Shown piece by piece: positions 25,784 to 39,154 of a stretch of 64,000 nucleotides of DNA. Position 1 is the first letter of the stretch; each line of letters starts with the position of its first letter. A model generated the notes under the pieces. It was not told the DNA's origin, made no database searches, and worked only from the letters and a program-made list of their open reading frames with translations. Source of the stretch: Tubiluchus corallicola (lineage: Eukaryota > Animalia > Priapulida); contig JAQGDQ010000403.1 of NCBI GenBank assembly GCA_030141605.1, forward strand, positions 124,001-188,000. The letters are read 5' to 3'. The position numbers and the translations under genes were made by a program.

Positions 25784-25930
25784 CGCGACGATGCGCATAA
25801 GTATAATCCGCAGTTTCGCCTATTGTTAACTCGAAAGCGCAACAACAACGACCCACGCGACAACGATGACCAAAAAGTAGAAGATGCCTGGGCCGTAGGG
25901 AAATGTAAAGTTTAATAACACTTTAAACAC
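25784..25930 (-). promoter_or_regulatory. Probable non-coding first exon and CpG-rich promoter of separase
   Basis: The first coding exon has an acceptor just upstream of its ATG (about 24708). A minus-strand donor GTATGT lies at 25783-25778 beside a local CpG cluster in otherwise CpG-poor DNA. Confidence 0.5.
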
Positions 25931-28644
25931 GTTATTACTTTCTGGTTTGGCTACAGAGTTTAGACATTTATGACTGAGGCACGAGACAAGTGTCGAAATG
26001 TTTTGATGTTTTGCATTAATAATATAATAAATTATGTATTATACAATCATTCAGTGTTGGAAATTTTTAATACTACATGTATTAAGATTTTCTGAAGATA
26101 AGCCTTTTAAATTCTCGTTTTTATGGATACAGTTATTGACGAACTTCAGTATCACACAACTTTTTTGTGTCCATGACCATATTCTCCAGACTATTATCAT
26201 TTCTGAGCTATACAACTGACTTAGGATGTATGGTTTGATTTGAACTTAAAAAGCATAATAATTACCATCAAAGTCATTACTACTGTCTATTTAGCATACT
26301 GCTATTCAGCGATAGTATGCACCTAAGCACTGATGCTTAAATACCGCTCTTAGATCATCTATTTTTGAACTATCGTTTACTGTGGTTCTGAAGGCAGATT
26401 GTTGGCTATGCGGTGTGCAAATATCAACCATTGGTGGTTAATGTTACAAACTAATTGCTTAGTTGAAACGATAACCAAGAATCAGGTACTATTGCAGATT
26501 TTAAAGCTGCCCATTTGCAGCAAAGGGACTGATAATCCTGCACAACAATCAAAAAGTCCCACAGAGACTGTACTTTCAAAGGAGTCGAATTCAGTTTGTG
26601 GATTATGCATTGTATGTCTAACAGCAGACCATAGAATTTGTATTATATCACGCACCCATTGTTTGCCTCATTTTTTTCAACGTCTCTAACAACGTCTGTT
26701 TGTGTGCATGTGATTTTTAAAATCTGTGGCTACTGTTCACCAGCTATTGTCACTGGCAAGAGTGAGCATTATAAGTCTGGCATTCAACAAGTGACTACCT
26801 GTTGTACAAATGGCTCGTGTAAAACCTATCAGCTCTAGAATAAATATATTAGAATGACTTTGAAAAACTTTTCATGGTAAGGTGGTAAAATTTTGCATGA
26901 AGTCATTTAGATAGATTACAGTTGAGCCCGAGTTTTTTCTTGTTCTCAATACAGGTTCCAAATATGCCCCTCAAATGGATTTGTCCTATACATTGTTATG
27001 TTGATGATATTTCTTTCATTCTAATTAATGCACAAATGCATCTGTACCAACAATGAGCATTCAAAGTTTGTATGAAACAGATTCTAAATAGAATTCATGG
27101 GAACCACAAACACTTGCTTTTCTTATGAAAAACTTCACAAGAAATAAGCAAGCAGGACATACCAGATCCAAGCACATTAGTACTTCCATTCTAATTTCCT
27201 ATATACACTGCATTATTGGTATTTTAGAGTAGCTTTTTGGTCAGTATTCCGTGTAAGCTTACACGAAATTAGTTGGCCAAACTTATTTTTTACCTGGTGT
27301 TACCACCAAGAGAAAAATGACGAAAAACTCAAACCCTGGCTGGCAATGCTCCAAGAAGTAATCCTTTCGTGGGAATTCGAAACCAGGGTGAGGTTGTAAT
27401 TTAGATACCAATTATACAGGTTCCAGTTTAGGTTCAGGTTCACAAAATTTTCATGTTGGCTGTCAAAAACGAAAAATCTATGCAACTTGCAAGCACCCAA
27501 CAGCACAGTCATTTGTTACTATTCATACAACAATTATTCTAATTACATAGGTTCCCGGGTTTTTAATTCCCTGTAGCTTTCATTTGTTTCAACTGTGGTT
27601 AGCTTTAATAGCATGCAAAGACAATTTTTAGACAGCTCCGCCCCCATTCCTACAGGCCACACCACGTCATGTGGTTAGGTGAAGCAAGCAGTTCAGTGGC
27701 TCCCCAATTCAAAACCTGCCTGACGTTGTACTTTAAATGCGATTGCAAACAAGTCACAGAGTTTTCATGCTGGTTGTCAAAATGAAAATCTGTGCAACCT
27801 GTTATGCACTAACAACATCAGACTGGGATGCTCACTAACACCAGATGTGCTGTTGTTATATGCAAATACAGATAATTATATTTATTTGGGTGTTAACTCA
27901 GTGCCAAATACTAACTTCTAAGTAACATGCAATGTGGAAATGAATAAACTCTTGAACTCTTGAACTTATCTATTGTGCTACAGTCTAGCTGACGAACTAT
28001 AGTGCTATTATATGGTATGAACTATAATATTCATTTCTCACATCATAATGCGTTCAGTCACACCAGTAATACTCGAAAGTAATAATAATTTAAATAGTGT
28101 GTGAGGAGTGTACAACCACGTAGTCATTTATAAACTCCCCTTGCTTAATAGATGTAATATGTTTAATATGCGCGAGTCTGTAGAAAAGTACAGCAGGTCT
28201 AACAATGTAACTAATGAGGGCGTGATAATAGCAATAAGGATATGAATGTTAGGGAGGGAAAATATAATAAATGCAATTTTAGTTGAGCCATAAAATTAAT
28301 GGTGAACATAAATAGTTAAAAATTTTAAATTGTTAAGTGGTAGTTATATGAATATACATCTCATGCCATGTCAATACCATGAGTTGCCAACTTGCTGAAC
28401 GAGTTACCGTTTTTGTTTTAATTGTACAAGTCGTGAAGAATTTCTTATGTGGAGTACAATAATGATGCAAAAGTTGAAGATGGTAAAAGACGCGGTTTAG
28501 AAGAATGCGCTTCTATAAAATCAGTCACATGACTTTTATCGGCTTTTCGACTTGTATTTTCGACATTTTTAGGTTTTTGTGTTTTTGATATTAGTAATAT
28601 TAACATTTGAAGAGACAAATTACAACTATATTATTGATGAAGTG

Positions 28645-31600
28645 ATGCCAGAGTTAACCGAACCCTTTATTGTGTCAAGAGTCAAGTGCCATGACTTGAG
28701 CAGGCTCAAGCGCTTAAACTGCTGGTTGGTAATCCTATTCCTACCTGCATTTTGCCATCCTAAAGGATGGGAGCTTAATGCTGAATTCGCATCTTTACTT
28801 AATTTATTGATCTGTTGGTAACAAAGTAATTGGGTTTAGTAAAAGTTTGGGTATTTGGTGCAGTAACAGTAATGCATGCTCAATTACCGAGAAAACTGAT
28901 AATGCAAGTGTGCTGCAAAGTAACCCAGTTATTGATTTATTGTTGGAGCTACATCAAAGCTACCTAGATCAAATTGATGTCAGCTTTCGGGTAATTTATT
29001 TTGACATAAATATTTGGTTAATTTTAAGTTTGATTCCATATAGTGCAACTGTCATGCCTGTAATATTTATTGGTAGACCAAGTTTTTATGCTGTTTTTTG
29101 AGACATCAAAGCCTCAAGTTTAAGTTTTAACATCCTAAGCTCTTCAACAGCTTAAATACAGACCTGATCAACAGAAAATTAATAAGATAGATTTGTTTTC
29201 TGGTGACATTTTAGTATAATAGCTTTAGCAGTGCTAACATTATAGCATCCAGTTAAATTAAAAGCTTTAAAGTTGAAAAATTTCTAATAGAACATATAAA
29301 ACTCTAGTGCTATACACAGTAAAAGAACAATGGAAAATTGTTCTTTCAGTACCTAGATGAGAAGTGACATTCTAGATGTGTGACTGGTTACTGATGATTT
29401 AATTCTTCAAAAATGATGGCAGAAGCACCGCCCGCTGGCTCAACAGTGTCTGCTACAGAAACAGTTACTGAAGAAGAAAGTCAAATGCCAACTTTGAAGT
29501 TAAGACTGAAAAAAACCAAAACTGACAAAAAAGTGAAATGGACAAACGAAACAGTTGATAATGAGCATATGGGAAAAAAGAGTTCAAAATGTTGCTGCAT
29601 TTATGAAAAGCCTCGAGCTTTTGGTGAGAGTAGTTCAGATGATGATGATGATGACGATGAATGTGAACATTGTCGCGGTCATAAATCAAAGTGGGATAAA
29701 CGACCACCCACTCCGCATGATGATAGCAGTAAGCAAAAACAATCACCTAGTGAAAACAAATCTTCACCACCGCAGACATGAATTTAATTAAAATCTGAGA
29801 TTCAAATGTTGACATGAATTATCAAGCAGATTTAATGTGTTTTTGTTTGATAAGAAATTTTCTAAATACTTGATTGTATGCAGTTGAGCTTGTATAGTAT
29901 TGTTAATGTTAATGTTATATTTGTGCATACCTAATTTAAATAAGAACAATTTAATGGCTTAATAATTGAAAAATGTACTGGACTGCTTTATAATTTTAAT
30001 ATTATTTAATAAATTTAATATTTGTAATGAAAATTTATTTGGCATTTCAGACATTGGTTTGGTTAATTGTCTGTACTTATTTTTTGTTGGCAAAATTTGA
30101 TTTATATTAATTGCAAGCAAATTGCATCAGCACATGAACATTTGATTTTCAGAAAACAAAAAATAGTTTATTTAAGCCCTATGCTTAATTAGAATGAATT
30201 ACATCGTTTTGTAAGTGTGACTAATGGTGATATTCACTGTGCAGCATCACGTGGTTGAATATCAGCTCTTGGTTTAAATAACAAAGCATTTCTTACTACA
30301 GTATAACGTTATAGACCATTATGGGTTACAGTGTACCCACGTGGGTAATACAAGCTCAGGAAAAAGAACAAACTTGCATCATTTATTTAACTAGTATAAT
30401 AGCTTTGAATACAGACACACTCGGTTATTGCCTACTGCACTCCATTGCTGTTTTACAAATTATTTATTGGTTTAAGTCACTTTTCCCTTTGCCGGTCATT
30501 TCTGTATTAATTCACAGCTAAATTTAACCCGCCATTCCTGGTGCTGCAGAATTGATGTTGGGCATGCATTATGCAAAGTTGTCGTTTCGAAAGGTCGTGA
30601 TCATTTTGTCTACTAGCTGTAGAAAAACAATGAGTCATTCAGTGGCTCAACACCCAGGTGTTTTACATACGTACTCTGGCAGCACCCTGCTGAGATGTTT
30701 CATCAAGTGATGTTCTGTACTGTAGTTTCTTTGTTGCAAATATTACTTTTGTAAGAGGGATAAACAGAAATTTTGTGCAAGCAGAATCTTCTGACTTTTT
30801 GTATCTTTACTGACTTTACTGAACATGTTACGTAAACTTACAACATATTACATGTACGTTCAATTAAATAAGAATCGTTCATTAATTTTTAGTTTATTGA
30901 AGTCACTTTTCATTGCAAAGTTGTTGATAATTAACAGCATCTTCTGAAAGTACTTTACATCTTGTATGAAGCCACACATTGTACATTAATATGTGCTCAT
31001 TCATCTAGTAGTCACATACATATGATTAGCTGTATTTGCTTCTAGAGTACCTCAGTTGAGTATTTTTTCTGGGTCCTTTCATATAATAATTATGTGAAAA
31101 CACTATTGACTTGGAGACCCAGTATGATAAACTGACAATCTACGCTCCACTCCTTTATGCCAGTCTCATCAATTAGTATGAGCAGCAAGCAGTATTTATC
31201 CAGTACGTTATTTTTTCACTTATTTAAAATTTTGACGTGCTGCACTTGATGGTTATTTTCTTGCCATATAATTTTTGTATTTAAAAGAAGAAAAGCAAGT
31301 TTGTATGATAGTTACAAAGGAAGTTTGTCTGGCAAACTTGTAAGCATTGTACAGCACATGGCATTTTGGTGTGAGCTGAACTTTGCATTGTAAGATACAG
31401 TGTTGTGATCTCGTATCATGCAAAGTACATGTACATGACTACATGTACTTTTCTGTTCGTTATCACTCTTATAACAAGTAGGGCAACTCATCTGATTGTA
31501 GTTATCAGTTCTTGTGCCACTCTCATCCATAGAGTGCACTGACTTTTCATGATTTCTGCTATTGACTCATGTTATTTACAAATGGCTGGTAACATGTGTC

Positions 31601-34600
31601 TAAAAGCAATCATGAAAAACCCAAATCAAGAAACGAGATTACCATTTGTGATTATTTCGAAAAGTGACATTATTAGTATCTATTCCTCATCTTAGTTATA
31701 TAATTCTAAATTCCCAAACTTTCAGATTTACTGTTGTGAGGTACACAGTGTTGCAATACTAGCTGTGTTGAACTTTAATTTGGCAGTGAAATTTAATTAA
31801 TGTACTGAACAATACAATCTATGAATGAAATTAAGCTATATATGATTTTCTCAGTTATAAGAAAATAAAACATTACTCGTGACTTTACATTCAACTGAAA
31901 AGACTTTATGCAGATGAACCAAAAACATAAGGGTAATGGGTGATTCATAATGTCTTAGTGTTGTACAAATCTTCTACTCAAAACTGATCATGAATGAAAA
32001 AATAAAACAAGGGCATGCATCAACACTAAGCCATGCAATGTGCTTTGTTCATTTTCTACTAAGTTCAAGCTAAACTAAATGCAGTGTATTTTCTCTTGTG
32101 GATGATCAAATTATGAACGCACTGAAAATTCTGAATTCTTTAGTGTAAAATTTTTATGCATTTCCTTTGGATTTCATTGTTAATGATTTGGTAAAGATAA
32201 GAATTTAGTATCAAAGATTTGTAGTCGTATAAGAAGACTGTCCTAGTACAACTTTTCTGCACTTTCTTTAAAGAGCAAAATTAAGCATTATACAGCACAC
32301 AATCAAAGAAAAAAGTTTTCATAATTCGCTTTCAGACCTTTACAGTCTTTTGGGAATCAAATTTGAAGGAAAAAACTGCAAAAGGTAAAATAAACAAATA
32401 GTGATTCCCATCATGAACATGATAGGGATTCACTGACTCGAGAATTACACTATGAACTGAGGCAAACTGACAATGTCTGTCAGAAGACTACTGATTGCTG
32501 ACAAAGACACTTCTGATTTTTATAGTGAAATCAAAACATATTAAACATTGTCTCAGAACAAAACAGAAGGAATCATTTAGTATTATGAAGATAATTTGAT
32601 CTTACATATATTTTTTAGCGTGCTGATTTTGACATCTATCTTTTTAGTGCAATTCCTATACAGATTTCCTCTAACAAAGGCAATGGCTGCTCATACTAAG
32701 GGGCCACAGTGAAAATATAATTTACAGATCCAGAACTCTTGTTATAGTAACTAAGGTTCTTCGTGAAGGAAGTAACTTTGTAGAAATATTGGGAGAGTTT
32801 TTATATAAAGTATGAACTGATAAGTGGCCAAGGGAAGACAGGATTTATAAACAGCTGTTCTGCATCTGGTCCAACATAAGAATAATAGAAATAGCAGTTA
32901 AGAAAATCAGTAAGAAGCTAATCAATGAAAGAGACCAGAAGTTCCATGGAATTGGCAGTAGTGAAACAAGGTTTCGTTTTAACGACGTTAAACATTTGAC
33001 ACATTTTTTTCACTTAACGACGTACGTTTCATTTTAACGACAGTTTTTTTTACTTTACCGAAAGCCCATTTTCATTTTATCAACAACTTTTTTACATAAT
33101 TTGAAGCATTAAAATGGCACATATTGGGTTATTCTGTTTTAAAAGTGCATTAGTAACATAAACGCTGCAATTATATACATGTTTTTGCTTCCCGACTGAT
33201 TATGACCAAATTGTCAGAAATGGCTGAGTGTTTCACCAATTTATTAATCAGGATTAGTGCAAGAAAAGAGATAGCAGTGTAGAAATTTGTGTGATTCCGG
33301 CCTTTTTCTGTCTATTAACGTTTATCAATGGACATTTAGGCTACGAATTCTGATGACTAGTGTGCTTTGATATCTTCACCTTCCTTGGAATTAAATTAAC
33401 AAATCAACAGTTAAGAGAACTGACATTTCATCGCAAACCTCTTTTGCGATTATTTAGTCAATCACCCTACGATCTGGTTAGCCAGTGCTGCACATCGGAT
33501 AAGGAAACTTCAGGTGTGATGTGTTTATACCAATAGGAATCATTGAAAGTTAATGGATGATATTTTTTAACTGTATGCTAGCAATATAAGAGCAGCAATT
33601 CTGGATACCTTCTACATCTTATTTACATTTAAACAGTTCATTAAATGCTTCGTTGCTGACAGAAATTTAATTGTTTACCAACATTATCACTTTGAATGCA
33701 AGTTTAGTTACTTCTTTTGGAAATTTGTTTGTCAACATTAAATTTTTTTTGTTTCAGGGGTTGCGGAATTTCAGATGTTAGTGTTCTGAGACATTTGCCA
33801 AATGTGGAGGTGCTCAGTTTAAGGTAATTCAGTATCATTTTAAATGAATTTTTAAACTTCTTCACCGTAGATTTGTTATACAATATCTAACTTGTGAAAC
33901 TTCTCTTATATGTAGTTATCAGCCAACAAATAAGTTAACAACCAATTCTATCACCTACGAGGTCTGGGTGTTACTATACTGTACAAGTCTCTTTTGCTGG
34001 CGTTGGCATTTGGCATATTCAATTCTATCACCTACGAGGTCTGGGTGTTACTATACTGTACAAGTCTCTTTTGCTGGCGTTGGCATTTGGCATATCCAAT
34101 TCTATCACCTGCGAGGTCTGGGTATTACTATACTGTACAAGTCTCTTTTGCTGGCGTTTGCATTTGACTTATAAATATTGTTAAAAGTACAATAAAATGC
34201 TATTATAATTCTGATACTATAATCCATTAGAATAAATGAGACCATTTTATTCTCAGTATTTTGTAACTAGCCTGGCTGTTTACTGCGTACATAACTCAGC
34301 AACAGCTAGTGTTAACTTTTGCTGCACTGCTGGCTGCCGGCCTAAGTCCCGTTTTTTGCTGCATGTATGAAGTAGTTACTGACTGTAAGTCCCTTGCGTT
34401 ATTTGTGTTATTCGTTCATGTACAACATGCAGTTCACTAGCTAAAATGATTCTTAAGAAGCAGTATGCATCACCCCTTGTAGACTAAGTATTGTATAGTA
34501 TACGTATTTTAAGGTTTGTATTCATTTCTTATTTGATGTCATGTGGAGACGTTGAGTTGTTTATACTGATTAAATATTGCAGCAGCAGAACCATCTAATG

Positions 34601-37600
34601 ACATTTGTATTCAGAAGGAAAAATGCTTAGCATTGTGTTTTAAATGAAGAATTCTCAAGCAAAATTGCCAATTTCTTTGTATTCATTTTAGCTAATTATA
34701 TTTGCTGGTCTTAATTGCTTTTACAGCATGAATAACATCAAATCGCTGACCGATTTTGCTTACTGTAAAAATCTTCACGAACTTTATATAAGAAGGAATA
34801 TGATAACAGACCTTTCCGAGTTACAGTATTTGCGGGAGCTTCCAAAACTCAAGGTATGAGCTGAAATTGATGATAATTTGCTGTTGTTGTATTTTAATAG
34901 TTTAATAATTTTATACTATAATTATTTAATATTATTATTAGAACTTCATTGAGGATTTTATGGTATTAGTGTGACTGTTTCTATAAAACTGTTTTGTTGG
35001 ATTAGTAGAATTTTTGACATTAGCAACCAAGAAGTTATAGTTGCTTTGGAATAAAATTTTGGATTTTTTAGGACTTGCACAGTGTGAGCAGTATAAAGCA
35101 AATATTTGCAGCATTAAACAAAATTATGAAGAAATTTATGTTGAGCTGCAAGTTGTATAAATAGCATGCTGGCATATGTCTAATTAGAGAAAACTGTTTA
35201 CGGAAAGTTACCCTCTGGTTATAAAATAAAATAAATTATTGAATGAATGGATTTTTGAAAATTTTGGAGATGTTATTTTTATTGATTTATTGATTTTTTT
35301 TTGCAGGTGCTATGGTTGGCAGATAATCCGTGTTCAGCAGTTGATAACTACAGGCAAACGGTGATAAATACGCTGCCTCAACTTACAAAACTTGACAACA
35401 TGAGTGAGTTAAATATTACAAATATTATTCAGTGCTCATGATTAAGGCAGCACCATGTTGTAATGCTATAGTGGCACCATGATTAAAGGTGCATCATCTT
35501 ATAATCTTTGTTTCAAAGTTATTGATTAATAACGAAACAAATCCACAATCATTAAATTTTTGAGACCAAACTTGCCTGAAATGCAGGAAGTGTGAAAAAA
35601 TTGGCACTGGACCAGGGTTTGAATTAGGGCCTTTGTATTACAAGTACAAGTCCAAGCCCACGACCACTAGATTACATAATTCCTTGTGATAGTGATTCAT
35701 GAAAACTCTAATTTAATTAAATAACTGTTCATCTAGTCCTTCATATCCAAGTGTTAATTTCATTATTCGTTTGTAACTGATCTAGATTCTCCTGGAGGAA
35801 TACGTAGATCCACTTCTATTAGATTTTTGCTTTTAGGGAGCTGTCTCACGGGGGATAGCACTTACAGTATATTATATATTAAAATATTTGTTTATCCTTT
35901 CTGCAAAATATTTATCATTCATGTATTAATAATGACTCTCAACCTTTATTTTAGAATTTAGATGATAGGTTTTTTTTGCTTTTCTTTCTTTCTTCTTCTT
36001 CTTCCCAGCTTTTCCCTATGCGGGGTCGCCGTTGTGAATGAGTCTTCTCCACGCATTCCTGTTGTTGACCATCTCTTCATTTATGTCTTCCCTTCCCACA
36101 TGATCTTCACCGACTCTTCTTTGCAGGTGTCCATATCATCGCAATCTTGCGAGGCTTCCACTACTTTTACTGTTCCTCTGATATTATTATTTCTAATTTT
36201 ATCTCTTCTTGTTATTCCCACCATCCATCTCAACATCCTCATCTCCACCACACCCATTTTCTGCTCTTCGGTCTTCTTTAGAGAAGCTGCTTCCAGCCCA
36301 TAGATTAGAGCGGGTCTGACCACTTCTTTGTGGACTTTACCTTTAAGTCTCACTGACTCATTCGTAGAAGGTTTTGGCGGATGCCCTTCCTGACCCTAAC
36401 CCTCCCTATTTATCCGGGCTTGGGACCGGCACTAAGTTGGGCTGGCTTGCCCCTGGCTAGGTTTTTTTTGCTTTAATTACCAATAATGATTACTTTTGTA
36501 GCCATAACAAGAGAGGAAAAGGAAGCTTCGTCCACTGATGGTTCTTCTTGCACGTTAAAGTCGTCGAAGAGCTATGAAAATACCATGGTTTATCGCGCGT
36601 CTTCGCTTGGTGAACTGCGTGAAGTTGAGCACAAGGCGTTTGTGGAATGTGAAATATATACTGGCAAAAATGAGGCGGCACGAGAAAAGAGGCGAGTTCG
36701 CATTGCCAAACAAAAGTCAGACACTGCAGTAACAGACAGTTGTAAGGTGAGTAGAGATTTCTTCAAATTTTCTATTTTAAAGGTTTCAGGATTCTTTCCT
36801 GCATGGATTCCTTATTTTTAACCCTAAACTTGGAAAACTGAGCATTGGTTTTCTCCGACTGTGTGGGTTATTAGCTTTTTTTACATCTATTTGCTTGAAA
36901 AAAATCACAATTCTATTGCAGTCAACATTTTTTGATGTGTAGTAAATTTTACAATGACGTTAATGAATCAAAGTGAAATTATAATGTCAGAACTTGATTG
37001 TGATATCTCGTTCCTCGTTGTCATTTTTGATTATTCGATACAGTTATTTTTTGTACAAGCAATTTGTTTCTATTTAAATTTATAGACGTGTGTAATGGTA
37101 TTTTATTTCTGTTAGGCTTTGAGATACTAGGATTAGAGAGTTGGAAAATTTGATAAGGTAGTATAATGTAACAGCTTGGTTTGCAGTGTTATAGCTGAAT
37201 TGCACATACAAGTGAATCACTTTTTGCACTCTTTCTTCATTTAACTGATTACAGGCCACAGAATTTAAGTGTGTATTGTGATGTTATTGTGATGACAGTG
37301 GGAGTGTTTTAGTGTAGCAGTCAATGTGAAAAACAAATTTTACTTTTATCATAATGTGCAACTTTTAATTTGATCAGACTGCTTCTGGCATGTTCTGTAA
37401 TTTCTCAATAATGCACAGGTTTATTTTACTTCTAAATCAAAAATTATTGTTACACTACCATATTGAAGTTAAATCTGCTCAAATCTGTTTTCGAATTAGA
37501 GTGCTTGACTGAAATATATGTCTTATAGACAATCAGTAGCAGCTCGTGTATAGGTACTGTTGAAATGCAGCACCCCCCATTTTCACTTAATGTTATCGAT

Positions 37601-39154
37601 AATATTTAACATAATAAGTCTTTCTTTTTTCTGTAGTCCTTTCTTTATACTTGTACAGAAACAGGGAATGTGAGGGTAGTACTGTTTCTTTACAGCCCAG
37701 CATTATTGTGTGCTCCAGCAACGTGGTGTTTGGCTGTTGTGTACCTGTGGCCATGCACATGTTTCTGAGCCAGGTAGAGAAAGTGCTGTCACTCACATAG
37801 TTTGTCGTGAGTTGTCATGTGGTTACCGTGAGTGGATCAAGCTTGAACTGCGACAATTTAGGCTATTAGTAAGCAAAAAATATTTTTGTTTTGGATTTTA
37901 TCAAGTTTATGTATAAACTTTCGTATGTTTGTTTGTTTAAAATTACAATTACAAATTACAACATTAAAATTACATATGTTTGTTTCGTTTTATACAGTAT
38001 TAAAACAATGGTTAAAAATTGTCTGAAGCAGCACCCCCACTAATTTTAGCTACGAGCCGCCACTGGACATAATACCTGCACTACTAATGTGCATTAAAGC
38101 ACATTCTCAAAAGTCAAATCAACCCTGTGCCTTACTGGCAAATAACTCTAACAGAACAAGAATGACAAATATTAGAACACTTTCAACTCAGCAAATTGCA
38201 GTTTAGAAACAATTTTGTATTTGTGGTTAAATAAAATACTCTTAGAGCAAAGTACAGTTGAATAACTGCCTCATGTAATTAGGTTGCAGGTAAGTATTAT
38301 AAAAATAATTAATAAATAAGTAATTGTCTAAGAAATTAAAATGCTATACAGAAGAGGAGTTATTGATGTCATTAGGCTTTTGTGGAAGTCATCGATATTG
38401 TTGAGTTTCTGTTTGTGGTAAAATGTCCAGATCCAGATGTAGTGTTGTCAACATTTACTCATTTCTCATTTATTTATAAAATATTCAGTATTACTTTAAT
38501 GTTATTTCATTTTACTTCAGTTACTTGTAAAATAAACTAATCTTAATCATGGCAATGCCTGTCAGTCATGAACAAATATTTTATCATCTGACTACAGCTT
38601 ATTGACAATATTGCCATTTCTAGGACAGTTAACATTGATTCATAATTTTTGTGTTCAACCATTTTATTTGCCCCATAGAAACCATCTGTTACTTGAGTGC
38701 AGTTTCTTTTTGTGTTTGAGAGAGTGTTAGTTCCTAAACTTGGTGCATAAAATATATGATGGGTGAACTTACTAAAAATCAAATTTCTCTTTTACAGGCA
38801 AATAACAACATTCTTAGTGCTACCTTGTGTCTGATCAAGGAACTAGACAAAGAATGTTTGGATATCGTAGCTGATGCAATTAAAAATCGTCTAGAAAGTA
38901 TCACTGAATGTGAAAACGTCTGTCGATTTTCAAATGAAGTAGGCTTACTCTCACCACCCGAAGAGTTGAAATCTTCAGGTACATGTGATTCACCGTCACC
39001 GTGCGAAGGAGTGGTGGATCCATCCAGTACTTCCAGTTCTTTGTCAACCTCTGAAGCTATACCAGAGTCACCTTCTCCAGAAGTAATGCCATTACACGAA
39101 GGTGATGCACCGATTCAAATGTCTGTTAGTGCCATTCGAAGGAAAAGCGGCTGA
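28645..39154 (+). CDS. CFAP410: Cilia- and flagella-associated protein 410 (C21orf2), LRR protein, about 323 aa
   Basis: Exons 28645-28724, 33758-33823, 34727-34853, 35307-35403, 36502-36746, 38798-39154 (972 nt, in frame). Translation [94 protein letters not shown], plus C-terminal [14 protein letters not shown], matches the family LRR, LRRcap and C-terminal helical motifs. Confidence 0.93.
29413..29781 (+). CDS. PPP1R11: Protein phosphatase 1 regulatory subunit 11 (Inhibitor-3/Ypi1), intronless CDS nested in CFAP410 intron 1
   Basis: Intact 122-aa ORF with TLKLRL, the RVxF-type motif KKVKW, the signature [20 protein letters not shown] and an acidic FGESSSDDD tract. AATAAA at 30008-30013. 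Confidence 0.95.
   Translation: MMAEAPPAGSTVSATETVTEEESQMPTLKLRLKKTKTDKKVKWTNETVDNEHMGKKSSKCCCIYEKPRAFGESSSDDDDDDDECEHCRGHKSKWDKRPPTPHDDSSKQKQSPSENKSSPPQT
32965..33205. mobile_element. Diverged inverted copy of the 14205-14773 element
   Basis: tttcgttttaacgacg..cacttaacgac..gcattaaaatggcacatattg..gcattagtaa is reverse-complementary to 14230-14735. Confidence 0.6.
33943..34165. repeat. 77-bp tandem repeat, about 2.9 copies
   Basis: Units beginning caattctatcacct start at 33943, 34020 and 34097 and are near-identical. Confidence 0.92.
35983..36457 (-). mobile_element. Internally deleted RTE-clade LINE (5' head joined to 3' ORF tail)
   Basis: 5' motif GTGCCGGTCCCAAGCCCGGATAAA; peptide [39 protein letters not shown] typical of the RTE ORF C-terminus; (GAA)n tail; perfect 17-bp target duplication taggttttttttgcttt at 35966-35982 and 36458-36474. 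Confidence 0.9.
37534..38065. mobile_element. hAT-like MITE
   Basis: Termini cagtagcagctcgt and acgagccgccactg; subterminal gcagcaccccc at both ends; the target duplication is degenerate. Confidence 0.65.
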
